Assembly: GCF_017876815.1 (NCBI RefSeq)
Contig: NZ_JAGIOS010000001.1
Coordinates: forward strand, 1,980,001 to 2,012,000
Direction of reading: 5' to 3'
Length of the DNA: 32,000 nt
Source of the DNA: Sinorhizobium meliloti
GTDB lineage: Bacteria > Pseudomonadota > Alphaproteobacteria > Rhizobiales > Rhizobiaceae
Part shown: positions 21,171 to 27,826 of the stretch, in pieces
How the letters are laid out: each line of letters opens with the position of its first letter
Position numbering within the stretch: position 1 is the first letter of the stretch
Made by a program: the position numbers and the translations under genes
Notes under the pieces: generated by a model
The model's database searches: none
What the model saw: only the letters and a program-made list of their open reading frames with translations
Told to the model about the DNA's origin: nothing

Positions 21171-21206
21171 GGGTTATCCAAGGGTTATCCAAATGGGGTT
21201 ATCCAA
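21171..21206. repeat. Three tandem GGGTTATCCAA direct repeats (candidate integrase arm-type sites, attL P'-arm-like)
   Basis: Exact 11-mers at 21171-21181, 21182-21192 and 21196-21206, ending 4 nt before the integrase stop codon. Degenerate copies at 21121-21130 and 21160-21169. Confidence 0.8.
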
Positions 21207-21210
21207 GCGC

Positions 21211-22383
21211 CTACTTTACAATCTTCAAGCCGGGCGCCTTTCTCCTTTTTGCCTCGCCAGCGGCGACCTTGTCCATGGCATTGATTGCTAGATGCACTTG
21301 CCGCGCCTTGCGCGAATATAGCTCTGCCTGCGATGGGCTGTTATGGCCGAGAACGTCCATCATTTCGCGCGTTGATGCTCCAGTTTCCGCCATTCTCATG
21401 CCGAGGGCTTTTCTCAGGCCATGGCACGAAAGGGCGAGGTCGCCAGCAAGCCGTCCGGCGGGCAAGCCAGCAGCGCGCACCCATTGAATCATCCGGCCCG
21501 ATAGAGTGCGAGGGCTGTAACCCCGCTTCCAAGATGAAAGCAATACAAAGTCAGTGTCGCGCGAAAGCGGCGCAAGTTCGTGCGCTAGTTCGGGTGTGAT
21601 TGGCAGGAAAACCGTCTGCCCTTTTTTCTTTTTCCGGCCCTTGAAAGGCAGGATTTCGAAGCCCTCGACGGTGCGCTCTTCCCCGTTGATTATCATGCGT
21701 TTTGTCGTCAGATGATCCCATCGCAGGCGAGCGATATCGGAGGCGCGCAGGCCAAGCCAGACCCCCAATGCGAAGGCAACGCGAGGCGTGCTGCCGAGGG
21801 GATAGAACTGTTCAAACTGATCACATTGCTCGGGCGTCCAAGTCGCGTGGCCGTCTGTATCGTGCCGATAGTCCTTCATCATCTTGTAGGTGGGGTCAGC
21901 TGTTATCCACTCGTTTTCGATGCCGATCATGATCAGTTTCGAAATGCAGATCAGCATGATTTTCTGCATGGTCGGCGTGTCTTTGTGGAACTGCAGCCAT
22001 TGTTTAACGTGCGTGCGCTTGACCTCTGCAAGGGGGCCGTCGCCGATGATTTCACTGCCCGCCTTGCGCGTCAGCAGCGTCTCGATCAGGCGCCCGTAGC
22101 GGTCGCGCGTCGAGAAATCGAGTTTCAGCCATGCGCCCGACTCTTTCAGCAGTTTGTAAGCATGCTTGATACTTCGCGGGCGGACGCCGCCGGCCAGCAA
22201 AATCACGTTGGTCTTTGCGGGGCGCCCGCCGACAATCGCCTCATAGGCGGCGTCGAATTCGGCTGAGTGGGGCTCGCCGGGAATAACGGTGTCCTTGTGA
22301 CCGGCCTTTCGGAACCGCCAGCGAGTTTTGCCGTGGCGATCTGTGAAGGATGAAACATGGGGATAATCGGGATGCTTAGGCAT
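21211..22383 (-). CDS. int: Tyrosine-type phage integrase
   Basis: C-terminal catalytic signature: R in LRASDIARLRW, HGLRK (HxxR), LGHNSPSQAELYSRKA (H...Y). Start at ATG 22383 (MPKHPDYP...) with GGAGGA 8 nt upstream. Confidence 0.92.
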   Translation of the reverse strand: MPKHPDYPHVSSFTDRHGKTRWRFRKAGHKDTVIPGEPHSAEFDAAYEAIVGGRPAKTNVILLAGGVRPRSIKHAYKLLKESGAWLKLDFSTRDRYGRLIETLLTRKAGSEIIGDGPLAEVKRTHVKQWLQFHKDTPTMQKIMLICISKLIMIGIENEWITADPTYKMMKDYRHDTDGHATWTPEQCDQFEQFYPLGSTPRVAFALGVWLGLRASDIARLRWDHLTTKRMIINGEERTVEGFEILPFKGRKKKKGQTVFLPITPELAHELAPLSRDTDFVLLSSWKRGYSPRTLSGRMIQWVRAAGLPAGRLAGDLALSCHGLRKALGMRMAETGASTREMMDVLGHNSPSQAELYSRKARQVHLAINAMDKVAAGEAKRRKAPGLKIVK

Positions 22384-22594
22384 CGTCGCGTCCTCCAAGC
22401 GGCCACGGCCTCGATATCGCTTGCATGGCAAGCAAAAGCGTTTTCGGATAGCGGAAGCCGCGCCCCTGCTCGATCCCCTGTAGAGTGCGGGTGGGGAGCC
22501 CGAGCAGGCGGGCGGCGGTGTCGGCGGAAAGCCTCTTTCCGCGCCATTCCTTGACGGCGCTGGCTAGGGCTTCTGGAGTCATCTGGTCTTGCAT
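22376..22594 (-). CDS. Small HTH (XRE-like) DNA-binding protein overlapping the int start
   Basis: 72 aa from ATG 22594 (MQDQMTPEAL...). HTH-like LSADTAARLLGLPTRTLQGIEQG. Its stop overlaps the int start by 8 nt. Confidence 0.6.
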   Translation of the reverse strand: MQDQMTPEALASAVKEWRGKRLSADTAARLLGLPTRTLQGIEQGRGFRYPKTLLLAMQAISRPWPLGGRDDA

Positions 22595-22675
22595 CTTGCG
22601 GTTCCTTTCCCCTTGATTGGGGACCGCACTCTGCGCATAGTGCGCAAAACGTTGCAACGCAGGGTGCGCACTCTC

Positions 22676-22915
22676 CTATGAAAAAGCGCGATCAAAATAA
22701 TTGCCGCGCTCTTGATGAGGCAATTCGCTGAAAGCGATGTCCAATTCCACGCGATCCCATACCCGCCGGCCATCGATCGCGCGGGCTTTCGGCATCCGGC
22801 GGTCCCTTACCATCTCGTCAAACTTTGTCAGGCCGACGCCGATATAGCGCGCGGCCTCTTCCCGGCTTAGGCCGCGCGGCGGGTAATAGATCGTGTCGGA
22901 TTTCGGGGCGGTCAT
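22676..22915 (-). CDS. xis: AlpA/excisionase-family HTH protein (candidate Xis)
   Basis: 79 aa; LSREEAARYIGVGLTKFDEMVRDRRMPKARAIDGRRVWDRVELD matches the AlpA/HTH_17 pattern. Positioned next to int. Confidence 0.68.
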   Translation of the reverse strand: MTAPKSDTIYYPPRGLSREEAARYIGVGLTKFDEMVRDRRMPKARAIDGRRVWDRVELDIAFSELPHQERGNYFDRAFS

Positions 22916-23109
22916 AGCGGCAACCTCGTCTGCAATTCCTCCTCATCGGCCCACCGCGAATAGTCGTCCGCGATTGCCTGCATAACCTCGATTTCATGCT
23001 CGGCGGATTGCTGCCGCATGCGGCCCTCGGCGACGAGCCGGGAATAGACCCACCGCCGCTGCTTGACCTCGCGGGCGGCGCAATTTGCTTTTTCGCGGTA
23101 GCTGATCAT
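22912..23109 (-). CDS. Hypothetical phage protein (65 aa)
   Basis: ATG 23109, with ATGA overlaps to both neighbours. No recognisable motif. Confidence 0.55.
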   Translation of the reverse strand: MISYREKANCAAREVKQRRWVYSRLVAEGRMRQQSAEHEIEVMQAIADDYSRWADEEELQTRLPL

Positions 23110-23378
23110 TGGCGTGTCATCTCCCTATCCGGGTGCCCCTCTGGGCCGAAAAGGATCATCTCGTTGACGTGGATCAGATCGCCGACGTTCTTGATAAGGG
23201 CGTCGAGCATCTTCTTGCGCATGCCCGGCGACCATCCGGCAATGAAGGTGGCGACCAGATCGGCAAGCACGACGCTCTGGACCTCCGGCGGGTGGCCGGC
23301 CAAGTGCGGCTTAATCGCGTCAACGATCAGATTGACCTGATCGCAGATTTCCTTTGCCTCTTCCTTCGTGACGACCAT
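23106..23378 (-). CDS. Hypothetical phage protein (90 aa)
   Basis: Start at ATG 23378 (MVVTKEEAKE...) preceded by AAAGGAGAA. ATGA overlap with the downstream gene. Confidence 0.55.
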   Translation of the reverse strand: MVVTKEEAKEICDQVNLIVDAIKPHLAGHPPEVQSVVLADLVATFIAGWSPGMRKKMLDALIKNVGDLIHVNEMILFGPEGHPDREMTRQ

Positions 23379-24144
23379 TGCCGTTCTCCTTTGGCTTGGC
23401 GGCCAGCGCATGGAGATAGCGGGTCGCCTCCGGGCCTTTGATATCGCCCCGAATTAGCTGTTCCGCCGTTCGGCAGCACGCCTCAACAAAGGGGATATCG
23501 TCGGGCAACTGTTGCACCCACGCCGCCTTGACGGTCGGGGCGAGGTTTTCGAGCTTCCACTGCGCCGAGGTTTCCTCATCGGTCGCGAATTGCAGAAACT
23601 TCGCGATGCATTCGTCCCGATGCGGGGTGGCAGTGGCGGCGGGGTTGCCTTCGGGATTGGGGGATTCGCCACCGCCGCTGCCTGCGTCGGCCTCGCTTGA
23701 GGATGAGGCCGGCGGTTCATCGTCGCCGGGATCGGGCGACTCATTGGAAAGCGTCTCGGGATCGATGCCAGTCACGCGCTGCAAATACAGCATGGCGTCT
23801 TCGTAGAATTCCTCAAATTCGGGCTCGGTCAGATCATTCAGGCTGCGCGGGTACATGATCCGCACGTTGCCGGCCTTGCCGCCGTCGTCCATCAGCCCGA
23901 ACGTCCGCTTTATCGCGTTCGCGGCGTCTTTAACGGTGCGCCAGGGCGTGTTGCAATTCCTGATAACGAGTCCGAGGATCGCCCAAAATTTGCGGCGCTT
24001 CTTGCTTTGCGGATCGGTGATCGGCTGGACGAACATCGTCGTGCCATGCCGGTACGACTCGAGCCTTTCGGCGGAAAAGGCATCGGCCGGCGTAAGCTTG
24101 CCGGGGCCGACTGTCAGTCGGAGCGGGGGGATATCGTTCTTCAT
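23320..24144 (-). CDS. Phage protein, N-terminal DUF1367-like domain plus acidic linker and C-terminal domain (274 aa)
   Basis: Start at ATG 24144 (MKNDIPPLRL...). The segment KKRRKFWAILGLVIRN...MYPRSLNDLTEPEFEEFYEDAM resembles lambdoid DUF1367 proteins (recollection, not searched). The upstream 110 codons of the longest ORF were rejected. Confidence 0.55.
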   Translation of the reverse strand: MKNDIPPLRLTVGPGKLTPADAFSAERLESYRHGTTMFVQPITDPQSKKRRKFWAILGLVIRNCNTPWRTVKDAANAIKRTFGLMDDGGKAGNVRIMYPRSLNDLTEPEFEEFYEDAMLYLQRVTGIDPETLSNESPDPGDDEPPASSSSEADAGSGGGESPNPEGNPAATATPHRDECIAKFLQFATDEETSAQWKLENLAPTVKAAWVQQLPDDIPFVEACCRTAEQLIRGDIKGPEATRYLHALAAKPKENGNGRHEGRGKGNLRSGQSDR

Positions 24145-24311
24145 TGCTCTATTCCCATCAATCGCCGTGAGAACCGCGAATAGGTCGCGCCCATCCTCTG
24201 GTAGATCAGGCGGTCGGCATCGCGGTCGCTTTCCAGCGCCTTTTCGTAATTGAGGGCGGCGAGGCGCTGGTATTGCTCGGCACGCCACAATTGCTCCTCG
24301 TCCTTCGTCAT
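24141..24311 (-). CDS. Unlisted small ORF (56 aa) coupled on both sides by ATGA overlaps
   Basis: Hand translation: MTKDEEQLWRAEQYQRLAALNYEKALESDRDADRLIYQRMGATYSRFSRRLMGIEQ*. ATG 24311 overlaps the stop of 24308..24958, and its TGA overlaps ATG 24144. It fills an otherwise 163-nt gap. Confidence 0.5.
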   Translation of the reverse strand: MTKDEEQLWRAEQYQRLAALNYEKALESDRDADRLIYQRMGATYSRFSRRLMGIEQ

Positions 24312-24958
24312 GCTGGCACCCGATCGGCCAGCAGGGCGTCAAAGCGTTTCCGCATGCGCTTGAGTTCCGACATCGCCCCGCGCCCGTCGCGCTTGGCGAC
24401 CTCCTCCAGATGGGGAATGCCCGAGGCGATGGACGCCTCGATTTCGGCGCGGGTCGCGGCGCGTCCGCCTGCATAGAATTCGAGCCCTTCCGGCTCGCCG
24501 ACGAAGAACAGGACGCCGTTTGAAACCTGCATCAGGCTATAGAAGCGCGTGACCCAAATCGCGGTCACGCCGGGATTGCGCTCGATCATGATCCCGGCGA
24601 CCTCGCGGGCCTCGGGCAGATCGCGCTCGCGGCGCTTGGCGTTGGGATTGGAAAGAAAGGGGCATGCCTTGGCGGCAAAGACCGCGCAGTCGTAATGCGA
24701 TGGTGGCTCGGAAGATACCCGGTTTATGCAGCACATCGGGCCGAGGGCGAACGCCTTGCGGGTGCCCATGACATCGCCGCAAATCCAGCAAAGGTTCCGC
24801 CTGACGCTTGCGGCCATGTGGTCGTGGCTGACGAGGCGAAAATCCGGTTCGCCTTTCTTGTCCACGACGCCGACAAACTTCGGGATGGGGAAGCCTCGCT
24901 TGTCGCGAGGCAACCGGGCGATGCGGGAGGGCATATGCTTGAATTCGCGCCGGCTCAT
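24308..24958 (-). CDS. Phage protein with conserved Cys/His motif (216 aa), function unknown
   Basis: Start at ATG 24958 (MSRREFKH...) with GGGAGGTG upstream. Motif LCWICG-x18-CC-x11-PPSHYDC-x8-CP suggests metal binding. Confidence 0.68.
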   Translation of the reverse strand: MSRREFKHMPSRIARLPRDKRGFPIPKFVGVVDKKGEPDFRLVSHDHMAASVRRNLCWICGDVMGTRKAFALGPMCCINRVSSEPPSHYDCAVFAAKACPFLSNPNAKRRERDLPEAREVAGIMIERNPGVTAIWVTRFYSLMQVSNGVLFFVGEPEGLEFYAGGRAATRAEIEASIASGIPHLEEVAKRDGRGAMSELKRMRKRFDALLADRVPA

Positions 24959-25233
24959 TTTTTCAGCACCTCCCTTGCGCGGACGAGGGCGGCGCCGAAC
25001 GTCCATGGCTTGGGCTGCGCTACTCGGTTCCAGCCGGGCGGCAAATCGCGCGCGTCCAGCCCATAGCGGCGCAGATGCGCCCGTTCGGAGTCGACGAACG
25101 CATGGGGGAAGCCACGGCAGCGGAGATATTGCGCCAGCAAGCACTCGCGGCAGCTGATGTAATCATAATATTGCTCCGGGTCCTGCGCGGCCAACCAATC
25201 GATCAGGGCGGCATTGTCGAACGTCGGTCTCAT
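24955..25233 (-). CDS. Hypothetical phage protein (92 aa)
   Basis: Start at ATG 25233 (MRPTFDNAAL...) with AAGGAGGA upstream. ATGA overlaps with recT and with the downstream gene. Confidence 0.6.
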   Translation of the reverse strand: MRPTFDNAALIDWLAAQDPEQYYDYISCRECLLAQYLRCRGFPHAFVDSERAHLRRYGLDARDLPPGWNRVAQPKPWTFGAALVRAREVLKK

Positions 25234-26180
25234 TTCGGATCCTCCTTTTCCATCTCGCGCAGGCGGCGCGCTTTGATCTTCTGGCAAATCTCTTGATCAA
25301 GGTCGGAGCCTTCGAACCGCGCCATGGGGTCAAGCTCGGTCCAGACTTCCTCCACGCTCGCGGCGTCTTTCGCCTCGGCCAGCCGGTCGCGCAGTTCGTC
25401 AAAGAATTCCGCGTCGGGGATTGCGTCGGCATCGACGCCGCCCATTTCCTCGCGATCGGGGTCGGGCTCGTCATCAAGGGGGGAGGCCGAGTCTACCGGC
25501 GGCTGCCCGGTCCCTGACTCGACCTCCGTCGCGTCACCCTGCGCCGTCTGGATTTTTTCACCAGCAGGGCTCTGCTGACCTATGCGCGGCGCGCGCGGCG
25601 CTGGCGGCAATAGGGCAATGTTCTGGTCTTCGGCGATCCGCCGGCCCTCGTCCTCGTCGTAGATGCCGGCAAAGCCGAAGGCATAGCGGGCGCATTGCAT
25701 CAGCGCCTTGTGGCGCAACATGCGGTTCTTCATTTTCCATGGATCGGTGTCGCGCCAGCACTCGGCGAGGTATTCGGTGACGGCGGTCGGGTGGCTTCGG
25801 TCCTTGCGATGCATGATGCACGTACAAGAAATCGGATCGCCGTTGGCATCGCGCTCCCACGTGAATTCAAAGCCATCGCAAGCCGGATGCGAATTGACGA
25901 GGTTGATCCACCCGTCAATCGAGACGATCGGCACGACGCCGCCGCCGCGCTTCGGATAGGCGAAAATCTCGCGCGTCAGCGGGTTAAGGTCGTATTTCTT
26001 GGCGACCAGTAGGAACGCGGCAAATTCCTCGCGGGTCAGCGGCCGGAATTGCTCGCCCTTTTTTGGCGTCGGCGAGCATTGCGCCCGCACCGTCATTTCG
26101 AAGGCATCGGCCTCCATGCCGAATTGCCCGGCCATATCGATCAGCACCGACCGGCGTGGCGCTTTTGCAAGCTGGTTCAT
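25230..26180 (-). CDS. recT: RecT/Bet-family single-strand annealing recombinase
   Basis: 316 aa; KKYDLNPLTREIFAYP...GGVVPIVSIDGWINL...MLRHKALMQCARYAFG matches the RecT/phage Bet core. Acidic C-terminal tail. Confidence 0.85.
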   Translation of the reverse strand: MNQLAKAPRRSVLIDMAGQFGMEADAFEMTVRAQCSPTPKKGEQFRPLTREEFAAFLLVAKKYDLNPLTREIFAYPKRGGGVVPIVSIDGWINLVNSHPACDGFEFTWERDANGDPISCTCIMHRKDRSHPTAVTEYLAECWRDTDPWKMKNRMLRHKALMQCARYAFGFAGIYDEDEGRRIAEDQNIALLPPAPRAPRIGQQSPAGEKIQTAQGDATEVESGTGQPPVDSASPLDDEPDPDREEMGGVDADAIPDAEFFDELRDRLAEAKDAASVEEVWTELDPMARFEGSDLDQEICQKIKARRLREMEKEDPK

Positions 26181-27178
26181 ACGACTGTCCTTTCCTCGAC
26201 AATCTCCATTCCAGGCACCGCGACGTTGGCTTTCGCCAAGCGCGCGCAGGCCTTATCGGCGGCGTCCTTGATTTCTTGGCTGTCCTTGATCGAGGCGAGG
26301 AAGGTGTCGTTATCCACGATCCGGCCGACGCGGCGGGTGCGCAGCGATGTCTTCGCGCCAGTCCGCCCGGCTTGCGGGCGCCTGTATTCCGCCTCGCGTT
26401 CGGCCTCTTTCGCGGCGGCCAGCTTTTCGCCGGCCTCGCGCTCGGCCTCGGGCGTCTTTGCCTTGCTCAACGTTTCCTCGGCCTCGCGGCGCAAGCGCTC
26501 GGCTTCGGCGGCGGCGGCCCGCACGCGCTCCTTTTCAATCCGGTCCTGCTCTTGGAGCCACGCAAGCTGATGGCGTTTCAGGAGCTTCTGCAGCCCCTCG
26601 GGCTCCTCGCGCAATTCGCGCCATTTGGAGTCGATCTTCCGGGCCTTGACGAGAACCGGCGCCTTTTCATCGGCGTGCAGCTTGTCGGCCCGATTGGCGA
26701 TATCTTTGAGCCGCCGCGCCCATATGGCCGCCTTGTCGGCTTCCTCCTTGCTGGCAATCGGTTTTTTCAGGAAGGCGAGGGCCTGTTCCCTTTCGCCGAC
26801 CCATTCGATCCGCAGAGCCTCGTATTCATCAGCCCCGGCGCCGCTGTTGTGGCCAAAGCCGGCCGCTGGCCGCTCGGGCTCGTCGGCCCATCCGTTGCCG
26901 GCCTTGGCGCGGTCAAACGCTTCCTCGCTGATAGGCTGCTTGACCGCCCACAGAAACAAATCCTCGATCTGCTCGCGATCGACGGGGCGGCCGGATCGCG
27001 TCGCGTACCAATCGCCGTCAGCGCCCCGCCAAAACTGCACCGGCTCCCAATCGCCGTCCTTGCGGCGGACTCGGAAATAGCCGGTCCAAGGCTCGCCTGG
27101 ATGAATGGTGAGTTTTCCGGTGCCAATCTTGCTCGGATCGGCGAGCGCGGCCTGCCATTTATCCCAATCGTTTTGCAC
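26177..27178 (-). CDS. Phage protein with central coiled coil (333 aa), partner of recT, function unknown
   Basis: Proposed GTG start at 27178 (VQNDWDKWQ...) with GGGAGGA 5 nt upstream. ATGA overlap with recT. The central E/A/R/K-rich coiled coil may be Gp157-like (weak). Confidence 0.62.
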   Translation of the reverse strand: MQNDWDKWQAALADPSKIGTGKLTIHPGEPWTGYFRVRRKDGDWEPVQFWRGADGDWYATRSGRPVDREQIEDLFLWAVKQPISEEAFDRAKAGNGWADEPERPAAGFGHNSGAGADEYEALRIEWVGEREQALAFLKKPIASKEEADKAAIWARRLKDIANRADKLHADEKAPVLVKARKIDSKWRELREEPEGLQKLLKRHQLAWLQEQDRIEKERVRAAAAEAERLRREAEETLSKAKTPEAEREAGEKLAAAKEAEREAEYRRPQAGRTGAKTSLRTRRVGRIVDNDTFLASIKDSQEIKDAADKACARLAKANVAVPGMEIVEERTVV

Positions 27179-27366
27179 GAAGTCCTCCCTTTGATGGAGA
27201 TCTTTATGAAAACAATAATTGCACATACCCGCAAGAGGCGTGTAAATGATATTTGCAAAATGGGAGGAATCTCTTCGCTGGCTAAGGTCGAACGAGACCT
27301 GCGCGGAGAATCGCCCCCGAAGCGCTTCTGGCGGCATCGGGCGGCGTCAAGATATCCAAAGGTGTA

Positions 27367-27810
27367 TTATCGATCGGCTCGCGCGATGGACCGGGCGGCC
27401 TGCTGCTTGGCGCGCATAATGTCGATATCGGCGTCGGTCAGCGTCATCGAGATCGGCGCGCGCCGTGGGAAATGAAGGTGGTAATTGAATTGCTCGGCGG
27501 CCGGGTTGAACCGGACATGGCTCCTCTGCACGTCCGGGCGCGCGGCGCGCCGGATCACCTCGGCGAATTGCCGGGCCGGGTAGGGGGCATTTCGAACGCT
27601 GGAGATCATCGCTGCGAGGGCTTGGCTGGCCTCATGCTGGAGCCAAGCGGCGTCGTCAAACGATCGGATCAAAACGGCCATTCGCCGGCCGTCCTCCGTT
27701 TGCAGGTGGGCGACGAAATGATCGCCCACAGCAACGACGTGAAAATTTGTCAGGGCCGGGGGAAGTCCATCCTCTGAATCAATTGCTGACGATACCAAGA
27801 GTCTACCCAT
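27367..27810 (-). CDS. Hypothetical phage protein (147 aa), first gene after the repressor gene
   Basis: ATG 27810 lies 16 nt downstream of the XRE gene stop. Coding-like codon usage. No HEXXH or other catalytic motif seen. Confidence 0.6.
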   Translation of the reverse strand: MGRLLVSSAIDSEDGLPPALTNFHVVAVGDHFVAHLQTEDGRRMAVLIRSFDDAAWLQHEASQALAAMISSVRNAPYPARQFAEVIRRAARPDVQRSHVRFNPAAEQFNYHLHFPRRAPISMTLTDADIDIMRAKQQAARSIARADR

Positions 27811-27826
27811 AACCGCATGAATCCTC

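Noticed and set aside
20910-21210. Expected tRNA or tmRNA gene as the integration target next to the integrase
   Set aside because: No cloverleaf-compatible sequence is present (no GTTCGAATC-like T-arm and no acceptor-stem pairing). The region reads as an AT-richer promoter/leader of the DUF1134 gene.
24145-24474. N-terminal 110 codons of the 384-aa longest ORF 23320..24474. Similar upstream extensions: 24959..25144, 25234..25287, 27179..27337, 29051..29422 and 20910..21158.
   Set aside because: The extensions are Arg/Pro-rich, overlap better-supported genes in other frames, and lack an SD. Internal starts have strong SD sequences and create ATGA coupling with neighbours.
27206-27475. 90-aa plus-strand ORF (MKTIIAHTRKRRVNDICKMGG...) in the AT-richer gap between early-left genes
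   Set aside because: It is the tail of a long antisense shadow ORF. It overlaps the 3' end of the 147-aa gene, is basic and low-complexity, and has no SD. The region is more likely an internal promoter/leader for the recT-partner gene.
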